DNA from: a virus
Virus record (IMG/VR): IMGVR_UViG_3300032287_003559
Coordinates: 96,001 to 160,000 of that record
Length of the DNA: 64,000 nt
Direction: 5' to 3' (one strand)
Below are positions 37,671-47,363 of the stretch, one piece after another. The notes below the pieces were generated by a model that worked only from the letters and a program-made list of their open reading frames with translations, made no database searches and was not told the origin of the DNA. The translations under genes and the position numbers were made by a program. Each line of letters begins with the position of its first letter. Positions within the stretch are counted from its first letter, which is position 1.

Positions 37671-38342
37671 TTAGCTAGTTAATTTTATATTATCTCCTCT
37701 CTTAAGGGTCTCGCTAACATATTGCGAAGACCCTTTTTTATATTCCATAAGATCGCTCATGTTATCTAATATAATACTTAGATATTCTTTTTTAATTACA
37801 TAAATGTTTCTCTTATCATTTTCTATTTTATCTTCATATTCATAATTTGTTACTTCTAATGTTATATCTCCAGTATCAATCTGCTCATCAGTAAAGTAAT
37901 CATAATAACTTACAGAATATCCTGATGGAACTTCAAGACCTGCAGGTACAATTATAACTCCTTGACTATTTTTAACTTCTGTAGTTTCATAATGATGAAT
38001 TCCACTGTAAAGAGTTTCATAATCACCATACTTATTCATCAGATAACTATCAAAGGAATCTTGAGTTAATGGCCACTCTGTTTGAATATTGACTATATTG
38101 TTACAGATAAGAACTAACCAGTCTAATGTTGAATCACCATAAACATCAAAAGCGACATTATCTGGGCGATCATTTCCTCTAATTTTATATCTTTCAAAGA
38201 AAGTTAAATCTTGAAAAATATCTTCACGAAGTTTACCTCTTTTAAAGATATTTTTTACTTGAATATAATCCCCAATATTACTGTTTGGTAGTCTATTAAC
38301 ATAGTCAAAGTTTGGGACTTGGCGGAAGTATGGATTAGACAT
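37671..38342 (-). CDS. baseplate wedge subunit gp53
   Basis: YF...P...Y, RPD.VA..VYGD..LDW.VL..N, HHYET. Confidence 0.85.
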   Translation of the reverse strand: MSNPYFRQVPNFDYVNRLPNSNIGDYIQVKNIFKRGKLREDIFQDLTFFERYKIRGNDRPDNVAFDVYGDSTLDWLVLICNNIVNIQTEWPLTQDSFDSYLMNKYGDYETLYSGIHHYETTEVKNSQGVIIVPAGLEVPSGYSVSYYDYFTDEQIDTGDITLEVTNYEYEDKIENDKRNIYVIKKEYLSIILDNMSDLMEYKKGSSQYVSETLKRGDNIKLTS

Positions 38343-38343
38343 T

Positions 38344-39726
38344 TTAGTAACCTATGAAGTTATCTTGATCTTTATCTAGATCTGTGTAATCATCATTAAA
38401 GATTGGTTCTAGTTCTTGGAATTGTAATTGCAATTCATAAGAAGTCATAGATGGTTCTCCTGCGTAAGTCATATATTGACCATCTGGAGTGTAATTAACA
38501 TTGCATTGGGTTAATGCACACTCTTTAAATGTATTTAAGTATGGGTGCTTTTTTTTACCTGCGGTTAAATATTCTATACCAAAAGTATTTGGTGCTTTTA
38601 AAAGAAGAATAGATTGGCTCCTTTGAACAGACATTGCTTGTTTAAAATATCTAATAATTGTTCTAACAATTTTTGCTTCACTTGCACTTCTTGGAGATAA
38701 TCTAAATGAAAAACTAAAACTTCTTAATTGAGGTCCCGTGAATAATAACTCTGAATTTGGGTTTAATACCTGACCATATGCTCTTGAAAGCACATTTGTT
38801 CCCGTTACTGCTTGATTAGTTTTTACTGCTACAATAGAAGCAAGAGTTTTTTTATCAGTTGCATTTATAGCACCGATTGTATTTTGTGCTGAGGCAGTAC
38901 CTGCTTCTACACCACCAGAAACAAAACTAGTAATAAAGTCCGAAATTCCTTGAGTTGCAAGATCTAAATCATCTCTCTGCCAATCGGCACTGTTTGAGTC
39001 GCTAATTCCTCCAGGAATAGGTAAAAAAATAGTTCCTATTGGAGTCTTGTTCTTTAATCTTCTTCTATCGTAATTTTCCGTAAAACTCAATCCTCTTGCC
39101 TCATAATTAAAAATTGTAAATTTTATACAATCTTGGTGTTCAAGTTGAAGATTTTCTGGATATCTTATGTTTGTTGATGCTTCGTTATATTTTTTTCTTG
39201 CTATTGCTTCTTTTTTAGATTCTTCATCAAGTGCAGTAAGATCTTCTTTCTTTATGCCTGATGCGTTTGGAGATTCTTCTTGTTGTTGTGGAGTATTATT
39301 AAGTGCTGCTTCTGTCTGTACTGGAGTTGCTCCTTGCTTCGGTAATGCTGCTCTTACAGATCCAACCACTGCTTTATTTAAAGAACCTCCAGGTTTAATA
39401 GAGCTAATTTCCTCAGCAGTAAGATTGGTATTAGATGTTGTTATTGGTTGATTTTCATTTGTCCCTCTTCCTGAACCTGGAGTAAACCAAGTTTTTCCAC
39501 CATCTCTAGTAACAGCAGTATCTGGATAATCTGGAGTGCTTCCTCTCCCTTCAACTGCTTTTTGAATCCTAACTTCAGAACTTATTACCTTACCATCTTT
39601 TAGAGTTGCTACTGTTTCTGTTCTATACTTAATACCATTTAAAATAAATGGTTCGCTAATAGTATTTCTCTGCCCACTGGCTCCACCAGGATTTCCACCA
39701 GATTGGTATGTTTGTGAAGACGGCAC
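38344..39726 (-). CDS. baseplate tail-tube cap gp48-like
   Basis: I.LPIP, NPN.ELLF.GP.LR.F.F.F.L.PRS..EA, NYTPDG, F.E.EPI. Confidence 0.8.
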   Translation of the reverse strand: MPSSQTYQSGGNPGGASGQRNTISEPFILNGIKYRTETVATLKDGKVISSEVRIQKAVEGRGSTPDYPDTAVTRDGGKTWFTPGSGRGTNENQPITTSNTNLTAEEISSIKPGGSLNKAVVGSVRAALPKQGATPVQTEAALNNTPQQQEESPNASGIKKEDLTALDEESKKEAIARKKYNEASTNIRYPENLQLEHQDCIKFTIFNYEARGLSFTENYDRRRLKNKTPIGTIFLPIPGGISDSNSADWQRDDLDLATQGISDFITSFVSGGVEAGTASAQNTIGAINATDKKTLASIVAVKTNQAVTGTNVLSRAYGQVLNPNSELLFTGPQLRSFSFSFRLSPRSASEAKIVRTIIRYFKQAMSVQRSQSILLLKAPNTFGIEYLTAGKKKHPYLNTFKECALTQCNVNYTPDGQYMTYAGEPSMTSYELQLQFQELEPIFNDDYTDLDKDQDNFIGY

Positions 39727-39741
39727 TTTTACACGTAGTTT

Positions 39742-40134
39742 TTATTTATTTAGACGGAATTTTGCATATTGAAGAGATAGAAGTTCATCAAGTTCTTCAT
39801 ACTTAACTACATGCAGTTGTCCTGCTATCTCTTCCCAAGTATAATTTCTAGGTTGTCTCCAGTGAAAATTAATTGCTTTAAATCCCCATTTTTGTATTTC
39901 TGTACAAGCAATTAGTGGATGTTGATCATAATCAATTCCTGGAGTTTTGGGATTGTAGATAAAAGTATAAAACTTTCCCACCTCTGGTATCCAAGTCTTT
40001 TCAGTAAAAAATTGCATAATTAAAATCATTATATCTTCTGGATCTTTTATACCCAACCTTTCAACTTCCTGCTTGAGTTTTTTAACTCTTGCAGTTGAAC
40101 CAGAAGAAACATATTGTCCAAATCCTCCTGCCAT
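39742..40134 (-). CDS. gp2-like DNA end protector / hypothetical
   Basis: GKFYTF.Y.PKT, YDQHPLI, INFHW; adjacent to gp4. Confidence 0.6.
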   Translation of the reverse strand: MAGGFGQYVSSGSTARVKKLKQEVERLGIKDPEDIMILIMQFFTEKTWIPEVGKFYTFIYNPKTPGIDYDQHPLIACTEIQKWGFKAINFHWRQPRNYTWEEIAGQLHVVKYEELDELLSLQYAKFRLNK

Positions 40135-40577
40135 TATTTTATACCCAATTGATCTTCTGTGATAACTTTGAACTCTATAAGTCTATCCTTACAAAACTCA
40201 TCTGCTGCTTTCCACTTTGCTTGATTTATTGCATATGTTTTTGCTTCATAAAGATATGATTTAGTTATTCTTGATTTTTTTTGTGGAGGAATTGTTTGTT
40301 TTTTTGGCTTCACTTCAATAACATAAGTTTTTATTTCTCCAGTTTGTTCTTTGACTTTAACTATAAAATCTGGAAAATACCTATGTATCTTATTATCAAC
40401 TGGCGATCTATATGGAATTGAAAATTCCTCACTTCCCCACTCTAAAATATTTTCATTGTGATCGCACCAATAGCAAAATTTCCTTTCCCAGCTACTTCTG
40501 CAAATAATATTATTTGCATCACCTTTATATTTTTGGGGAAATGATGGTTTGTATTTGCTTTTAATACTTTCTGCCAT
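40134..40577 (-). CDS. head completion nuclease gp4
   Basis: P.KYKGD, RSSWE, WGSEE, HRYFPDF, IEVKP, NQAKW.AA. Confidence 0.92.
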   Translation of the reverse strand: MAESIKSKYKPSFPQKYKGDANNIICRSSWERKFCYWCDHNENILEWGSEEFSIPYRSPVDNKIHRYFPDFIVKVKEQTGEIKTYVIEVKPKKQTIPPQKKSRITKSYLYEAKTYAINQAKWKAADEFCKDRLIEFKVITEDQLGIK

Positions 40578-40618
40578 TATCTTTACTACATAATATATCA
40601 GTCAAAAAATATTTATAA

Positions 40619-41413
40619 ATGCCTACCAAAAGGACAGTAGATCAAATTAAAGCAAATTTACTTCGTCCAGCACTTACTTCTTATTTTGAAGTTGAGATTC
40701 CAAAAATATCATCTAGAACTGGTGAATTTGAATCATTCTTAAGTAATAATGGCGTTTTATTCAATCAAGAAAAACTTAATTTACTATGCTCCGAAACTTC
40801 TCTTCCAGGTTCTTCACTTGCCACCCATGAAATCAATAATGATTATATGGGAGTAACTGAAAGACATGCATATAGAAGAATATATGATGATCGTATTGAT
40901 TTTTCTTTTTATGTAGATGCTGAAAATTATTTACCCATCAGATATTTTGAGTCATGGATAAAGTGGATTGTGGATGAGAGTATTGCATCTGGAGATAAAG
41001 GTCCTGTAGGAGTACTGAATAAATCATATTTTTATAGAATGAAATATCCTGATGATTATGTTTGTGATAGTGGATTAAAAATTACAAAATTTGAAAGGGA
41101 TCATACTAATAGATCATTGGAGTATGAATTTGTAAGAGCATATCCAATATCTATTACATCAATGCCAGTTTCGTATGATACATCATCTCTTCTAAAATGC
41201 ACAGTTTCATTTACATATCTAAGATACGTTCTTAAACCTTCAAACGGAAATAGAGATAATGTATCCTCTATTCAGAGAGAAATAAAATCTGGAGATCCTT
41301 CATCGCCAGTAACACAAGCAGCAATAAATGGATCATATTATGGTCCTGCCTTTCAAACGAATGAAGAAGCAAATAGGCAGGCTGCAATTTTAAGAGGGGA
41401 GAATGTGCAATAA
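40619..41413 (+). CDS. tail tube initiator gp54/gp19-like protein
   Basis: LLC...SLPG, F.FYVD, F..W, AYP.SI, C.V.F.Y. Confidence 0.7.
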   Translation: MPTKRTVDQIKANLLRPALTSYFEVEIPKISSRTGEFESFLSNNGVLFNQEKLNLLCSETSLPGSSLATHEINNDYMGVTERHAYRRIYDDRIDFSFYVDAENYLPIRYFESWIKWIVDESIASGDKGPVGVLNKSYFYRMKYPDDYVCDSGLKITKFERDHTNRSLEYEFVRAYPISITSMPVSYDTSSLLKCTVSFTYLRYVLKPSNGNRDNVSSIQREIKSGDPSSPVTQAAINGSYYGPAFQTNEEANRQAAILRGENVQ

Positions 41414-41445
41414 ATAATCACACCTGAATTTTTCTATAGGTCATT

Positions 41446-42165
41446 ATGCCTTTACCTAAAATTGCTACTCCAATATATCAACTTGAATTGCCATCAACAG
41501 GAGAGTCAATTCAATATAGACCATTTTTAGTAAAAGAAGAAAAAGTATTAGTAATTGCTTTGGAAAGTGAAGATACTAAGCAAATTACTACTGCGATTAA
41601 AACAGTAATCAAAAATTGTATTCTTACCAAAGGGATCAAGGTAGAATCTCTTCCAACCTTTGATATTGAATATTTGTTTTTGAATATTCGTGGTAAGTCT
41701 GTTGGGGAAGAAATTGAAGTAAACGTTATTTGTCCTGATGACCAAGAGACAAATGTTTCTATAAAAATTGATTTAGATTCTATCAAAGTAGAAAAGAGTG
41801 AGAATCATACAAATAAAATTAAAGTAGATCCAAAAATTATGATGGAGATGAAATATCCATCATTGGATCAGTTTATTAAAACAAACTTTGATTTTAAAAA
41901 TGATAATGCAATGGATCAATCATTTGAATTGATTGCATCATGTATTGATAAAATTTATACTGAAGATGAGGTGTGGGTTGCAGCGGATGTGACTAAAAAA
42001 GAACTGATTGAATTTTTGGAACAAATGAATTCATCTCAGTTTAAGGAAATTGAGAAATTTTTTGAAACAATGCCAAGACTTTCGCATAAAATTTCAGTAA
42101 CAAATCCAAAAACAAAAGTTGAAAGTGAAGTTGTTCTGGAAGGGTTAGCATCTTTTTTCGCATAG
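41446..42165 (+). CDS. baseplate hub assembly protein gp26
   Basis: MPLPKI..P.Y.L.LPS, YRPFLVKEEK, FDIEYLFL.IR.KSVGE, EGLASFF. Confidence 0.9.
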   Translation: MPLPKIATPIYQLELPSTGESIQYRPFLVKEEKVLVIALESEDTKQITTAIKTVIKNCILTKGIKVESLPTFDIEYLFLNIRGKSVGEEIEVNVICPDDQETNVSIKIDLDSIKVEKSENHTNKIKVDPKIMMEMKYPSLDQFIKTNFDFKNDNAMDQSFELIASCIDKIYTEDEVWVAADVTKKELIEFLEQMNSSQFKEIEKFFETMPRLSHKISVTNPKTKVESEVVLEGLASFFA

Positions 42166-42176
42166 CCCTGGTCCAT

Positions 42177-42353
42177 ATGGACCTTGAGAATTACTTTAGA
42201 CTTAATTTTGCTTTGATTCAGTACCATAAATATTCACTATGGGAGATTGAAAACATGATTCCCTGGGAAAGGGATATTTACGTTGAGTTATTAAAGCAAC
42301 ATTTAGAAGAAGAAAAACTAAAACAACAATCAAATGGCGGTCAATCCTTCTAA
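42177..42353 (+). CDS. baseplate hub assembly chaperone gp51-like (58 aa, missing from ORF track)
   Basis: YFRLNFALIQYHKYSLWEIENMIPWERDIYV.LL; in the -1 frame relative to gp26. Confidence 0.85.
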   Translation: MDLENYFRLNFALIQYHKYSLWEIENMIPWERDIYVELLKQHLEEEKLKQQSNGGQSF

Positions 42354-44508
42354 AAATTTGAATGCCTTAGTTCCATATAAGGGAAAAGGAGGGACTGATC
42401 TTGTTAGTGAAAAAATAGATGAAAGAATATTAAGACTTCTTGGTCTAGAGGATGTATTTGATATCGATTATGATACTTATATTTCTCTTCTTAGAGAAAG
42501 AATGGCTTCTGCTAGAATGTCTAAACAATCCATTCCAACAGAAGAAGTTGAATTAATAACTGAAGAATGGAAAAGAATAAAGAAAAAAAATGGTAGGTTT
42601 AGAATAAAAAAAATTACTGCAGAGAGTTTTAAAAAAGGTAGTTCTGTAGGAATTCAGTTAGGAAAGCAAAAGTTTCTTAATGGTCTATCTATATCATCTA
42701 AGAAATTAGCATTACCTCCAGCAATTAATAAAATGTCTGGTGGGAATGATATTGAAGATATTAAAAATGCTCTCGCAGAAATTATTAGCAATTTAACCAT
42801 ACAGAATAAAGATCAGAAAAAAATATTAGAAAGACAAAGATTTGATAGTGAAAAAGAAAGAAGAGCATCTAGAGAGGCACTTTTAGAAAAAGGTTTTTCT
42901 AAAGCAATAAGTGCTGCTCAAAAGATGTTAGCACCTGTTAAATCTTTGCTTGATAAAATTATTGATGCGATTGTTGCTATTTTTATTGGAAGATCTATTG
43001 TAAAACTTATTGAATGGTTTTCTAATCCAGACAATAAAGAAAAAGTAAAGAGCATTTTCAAATTTCTTGGAGAACATTGGCCAAAACTTCTTGCTCTGTA
43101 TTTGAGATTTGGAACAGGTCTTGGAAGATTTATTGGTGGATTATCATCACTCCTAATTAAAGGTACGTTAAGACTTGTTCAGGTAGCAGCAAGACTAGCA
43201 GCAAGGGCAGGATTAAAAGGTGCTGGTAAAGTTGCTGGATTTTTAGGTGGTCGTGGTGGAAAATTTCTAGGTGCTGGACTAGAAGTTGCTGCCACCGTTG
43301 GATCAACAATGGCATTGAGTAAAGGTATAGAAAATTTTAGTGGATTTAAATTTGCTGGAGGAGGATTAGCAAACTTTAAAAAGTTTTTTGGATTTTCTGG
43401 TGGTGGGACTAGACCTGGATATATCAGTGGACAGAAAGGAATAGATAAAATTCCTGCTATGTTAAGTGATGGTGAATTTGTTATGTCTCGTGGTGCTGTT
43501 GAAAAGTATGGTACAGATACCTTAGAAGCAATGAACGCTGCTGGTGGTGGAACTAATAGACCACGAATGATTAGTGGGACAACTTATGCTGCTGGTGGAG
43601 GGCAAATTGGAACTCGTAGTGTTGCGCCTTCATTATCTGGGAATGAAAAAATTGCTTATAATCAATTGCAAATGAATTTCCCAACAGCAAAACCTTATCA
43701 TATTGCTGCTGCTCTTGGAAACTTTTCAGTTGAAGCTCCTGGATTAAAACCAAATACTGCTCAATACGGTGGAGGTCCTGGTAGAGGAGTGGCGCAATGG
43801 GAAACTCCTGGAAGATGGGATACTGCTGTAAAGAGATACGGTCCAGGAATTTTTAACAGCTTAAGTCAGCAAATGGATTATGTTAAGTATGAAATGGATA
43901 CTGGTAATCCAGATTCTCAAGGAAGACCTCAACTTCCATGGGGAAGAAATGCAAAGAGCTCTTGGTTAGGTTCTAAAAACTTAATTGAAGCAACCAAAAA
44001 TTTTATGATCGGATACGAGGCACCTGGTGTTCCACACGAATCTGAGAGAATAGCATCTGCTAAAAGAATATTAAATTCAGGATCTCCAGCATCTTCAAAT
44101 ATTGCAGCGAATCCAAAGGTTCAACCGACACAGAAACCAAATATATTCCAGAGATTGGGATCTGGAGTTGCATCTATATTTGGTCTTAATCAACCAGCAA
44201 AAGCAGAACCAATTATTAAATCAAAACCAAAACCAAGATTTGCGGGAGGACTTGCACCAGATTCTTCACAAAGAAAATCATCATCAATTCCAACATTGAC
44301 TTTTTCTGCATCAAAGTCTAGGGCATCTCAAAGAAATATTTCTGCTCCAATGAATTTAATGCCTGAAATTGTATATGAAGTTGTTGCACCTAGCACAACA
44401 AAACCATCTGGAGGTGGAACTGGTGGTTCTCCTCAAATACCTTCATTTAGTAATGTTCATGCATCTAATAATGCAGGTAGAAATGCAAAGTTACTTGGAG
44501 TAAGATAA
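42334..44508 (+). CDS. tail/tape-measure-like protein with a phage tail lysozyme domain
   Basis: Helical N-terminus, DKIPAMLSDGEFV, A.LGN...E, GPGRGVAQW, YEAPG. Confidence 0.7.
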   Translation: MAVNPSKNLNALVPYKGKGGTDLVSEKIDERILRLLGLEDVFDIDYDTYISLLRERMASARMSKQSIPTEEVELITEEWKRIKKKNGRFRIKKITAESFKKGSSVGIQLGKQKFLNGLSISSKKLALPPAINKMSGGNDIEDIKNALAEIISNLTIQNKDQKKILERQRFDSEKERRASREALLEKGFSKAISAAQKMLAPVKSLLDKIIDAIVAIFIGRSIVKLIEWFSNPDNKEKVKSIFKFLGEHWPKLLALYLRFGTGLGRFIGGLSSLLIKGTLRLVQVAARLAARAGLKGAGKVAGFLGGRGGKFLGAGLEVAATVGSTMALSKGIENFSGFKFAGGGLANFKKFFGFSGGGTRPGYISGQKGIDKIPAMLSDGEFVMSRGAVEKYGTDTLEAMNAAGGGTNRPRMISGTTYAAGGGQIGTRSVAPSLSGNEKIAYNQLQMNFPTAKPYHIAAALGNFSVEAPGLKPNTAQYGGGPGRGVAQWETPGRWDTAVKRYGPGIFNSLSQQMDYVKYEMDTGNPDSQGRPQLPWGRNAKSSWLGSKNLIEATKNFMIGYEAPGVPHESERIASAKRILNSGSPASSNIAANPKVQPTQKPNIFQRLGSGVASIFGLNQPAKAEPIIKSKPKPRFAGGLAPDSSQRKSSSIPTLTFSASKSRASQRNISAPMNLMPEIVYEVVAPSTTKPSGGGTGGSPQIPSFSNVHASNNAGRNAKLLGVR

Positions 44509-44512
44509 GTAG

Positions 44513-47341
44513 ATGGAACCAAAAGCATTAGCACCTGCAAAAATAAATCCAACAAAACTTTTAGGTGGTTCTATTTTTTCTACTAAAAAAATTAATACAT
44601 CTAATCTTATAGATGATACTGTTACAATTCGAAGAAGTGATTTATCAATCATTAAAGGTCAAGTTATAGAAGTAAAAAACTTGATTAAAAGTTCTACTTT
44701 ATTAAAACAAGCAGAATTGGAAAGGAAAAGAAAGGAAAAAGAAAAAGATAAATTTACAAAAAAAGAAACAGGACTTGAAGCAAAGAAAGAAGAACCTGGT
44801 GCAAATAAAGTTAAAGTTCCTGGACTTCCTAAATTAGGATTTTTAGATAGAATTAAAAATATTATCTTTACTGTTTTGCTTGGAAGATTTATTGTTAAGA
44901 TGCTTCCAAATCTTCCAAAACTGGTTGGAATTGTAAAAGCAGTTAGTACTGGAGTAGAATTTGCTGCTGATTTTGCTGTAGGTTTGATTAATGCCTTAGG
45001 TACTTTTATTCAAAAAGCAGATGAGGCATCTATACAAACTCGTAAGTTTCTTAAAACTGTAGGTGGTGATAATACTGTTAAACTTTTTGATGGATTTACT
45101 AGTGCAATAGACAAAGTTATTGAAGCAAGTATTATTGCTGCTCTTGCTGTTGCTGATTTGGGTGGTGATGGTAAAGAAGTATCAATTAAAAGAGGATTTG
45201 ATCGATATGGGAGAAAGGTTGGAACAGAAGTGCAAGAAAGATATCTGCAAAGATATGGTGAAAAACAATTTGTAGGGAGATTCGGGCAAAAGGCACTCCA
45301 AAGAGTTGCTACAAGAGGAGCAGGACAAACAATAGAAAAAGGATTATTAAAAACTCTTGTTAAGAGAATACCAATAGTTGGAGGATTGCTTGACTTTGCA
45401 CTTAATTATTTTGTTTTTAAAGAACCTCTTGGAGAATCTGCATTTAGAGCAGCTGGTTCAACATTAGTCAGTGTTCTTGGAGGAGCGATAGGAAGTATTT
45501 TTCCTGGTCCAGGAACTATTGTTGGTGCAGCACTTGGAGGAGTTGCGGGTGATGCACTTGCATCCACATTATATGATATGATTTTTAAAAATAAAGTACC
45601 GACCCAAAAGAAAGTTCAAGGTCGTGCTCAAGGTGGTCCTGTAACTAGAGGTGGAAAACTTGTTGGAGGTCCTGCAAAAAGAGGAGTTTCTAAAACCAAA
45701 AAGAGAGGAGTAACTGCTCAACCAACAAAATTAAAACCGGGTGTTGATATTGGTGGTCAAAAAAATATTGAAAAAGTCTTTCCATCACCAACTGGTAAAG
45801 ATAAAGATAAACAAGTAAACCCTCTTGAATATATTAAAAAGAGTTATGATAGAGTTAGTAAGGCACCATTCTTTGGTCCTTTATTATCATTAACTACTAA
45901 GGCATTATCAGGTCAAAAACCATCACAGTTAGATTATTTTATTGCTGCTCAGGGAATTAATAACTGGATGAATATAACATTTAGTTCTGGTGTCTTAAGA
46001 ACTGGAGGCGCATTTGCTGGGGGAGGGGAGGCAAATGCTGAAATGTTCTTAAAAGGTGAAGATCTTACTCAAGTAATTGCAAAATCTTTAGAGGATAATG
46101 CATCGCAACAACTTGAAGGAAGTATTCAAGATTTGATGAAGCAGATGATGTTGAAACCGAGTGAGGAATCAAAGAAAGAACCTAGCACAGGACAACCTAG
46201 TGTTGGTGGAGAATATTCTCCAGAGGGAATTCAGGGTGAGATATATCAATATCTTCTTTCCAAAGGTCTGGATGATAATAAGGCACTTGGTATTATGGCG
46301 AACATATTTCGTGAAAGTGGATTTAGACCCGGAGTTTCTGAATCTGGTGGTCCTGGAGTTGGTTTATTCCAATATTCAAGTGCGGGAAGAAAGGATGCAT
46401 TCTTAAAAGCAGTACCAGACTACGCTACGAATTGGAAAGGGCAAATTGATTTTGCATTAAAAGACGATGTAGCTCCACAATATTTACAAAAACAGTTTTC
46501 TTCTCCACAAGAAGCTGCAGACTGGTGGATGAGAGAATGGGAAAGACCTGCGGAATATATTCAAAATACAGAAGGACCAAGAATACACAGAGAATATCTT
46601 GCAAGTCTTGAAAAATATAGAACTAAAAAAGGATATGAACTCCCTACCGGAGTTGCAAAAGGTTTTGATGGATATATTACTGGAGATCCGTCAAGTCCTA
46701 ACTATGATCCATCTCATGGTGGTGGTAATTATCATGATCATTTATCATTTAAAGATAGAGCAACTGCCGAAAGAGCATATAAATTTTTTACATCTAAGGG
46801 ATTTAAAGTTACTGAATTTAAAGGATATGGTGCTGGGGTTACTGGACCACACAGCGGAGCTGGTTCTTTACATCATTCTGGACTTGCATTTGATATTCCT
46901 GGATATCAGTGGGGAGGTGTTGGTGCTATAGGACAAAAAGAATACAGTGGTTCAGCAAAAGTTAGAGAAGCACTATCACAATTTAGATCAGGAAAATCTT
47001 TATTTGGTGGTGGTCTAACTGGAAAGGGTGGACTTACCATGACACATCCTGGAGAATATATTATTGATAAAGATTCTGTAGATGCTTTTGGAATTGATTT
47101 CTTTGATATCATTAATCAAACTGAAAGTGTTGCACAAAGAAAAAATTCAGCAAAACAACTGATGAGTATTCTTCAGTTCTATGCTGGTTATGAGGCAGGT
47201 GGAAGACAAAAAATTAAAGTGAAAGTTCCTGCTCCACAAGTATCATATGTTACTGTACCCGTTCCTATTGGTGGAGGAATGGTGATGACTGGTAGTTCTT
47301 CTGTAGACTCTGATTATGATTCGACATATGCTGGACATTAA
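44513..47341 (+). CDS. tail/tape-measure-like protein with tail lysozyme and probable M15-like peptidase domains
   Basis: GIMANIFRES, GVGLFQY, WERP; H-x6-H..GLAFD motif. Confidence 0.7.
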   Translation: MEPKALAPAKINPTKLLGGSIFSTKKINTSNLIDDTVTIRRSDLSIIKGQVIEVKNLIKSSTLLKQAELERKRKEKEKDKFTKKETGLEAKKEEPGANKVKVPGLPKLGFLDRIKNIIFTVLLGRFIVKMLPNLPKLVGIVKAVSTGVEFAADFAVGLINALGTFIQKADEASIQTRKFLKTVGGDNTVKLFDGFTSAIDKVIEASIIAALAVADLGGDGKEVSIKRGFDRYGRKVGTEVQERYLQRYGEKQFVGRFGQKALQRVATRGAGQTIEKGLLKTLVKRIPIVGGLLDFALNYFVFKEPLGESAFRAAGSTLVSVLGGAIGSIFPGPGTIVGAALGGVAGDALASTLYDMIFKNKVPTQKKVQGRAQGGPVTRGGKLVGGPAKRGVSKTKKRGVTAQPTKLKPGVDIGGQKNIEKVFPSPTGKDKDKQVNPLEYIKKSYDRVSKAPFFGPLLSLTTKALSGQKPSQLDYFIAAQGINNWMNITFSSGVLRTGGAFAGGGEANAEMFLKGEDLTQVIAKSLEDNASQQLEGSIQDLMKQMMLKPSEESKKEPSTGQPSVGGEYSPEGIQGEIYQYLLSKGLDDNKALGIMANIFRESGFRPGVSESGGPGVGLFQYSSAGRKDAFLKAVPDYATNWKGQIDFALKDDVAPQYLQKQFSSPQEAADWWMREWERPAEYIQNTEGPRIHREYLASLEKYRTKKGYELPTGVAKGFDGYITGDPSSPNYDPSHGGGNYHDHLSFKDRATAERAYKFFTSKGFKVTEFKGYGAGVTGPHSGAGSLHHSGLAFDIPGYQWGGVGAIGQKEYSGSAKVREALSQFRSGKSLFGGGLTGKGGLTMTHPGEYIIDKDSVDAFGIDFFDIINQTESVAQRKNSAKQLMSILQFYAGYEAGGRQKIKVKVPAPQVSYVTVPVPIGGGMVMTGSSSVDSDYDSTYAGH

Positions 47342-47363
47342 ATAGTGTAGGAAGTAAAGTCTT

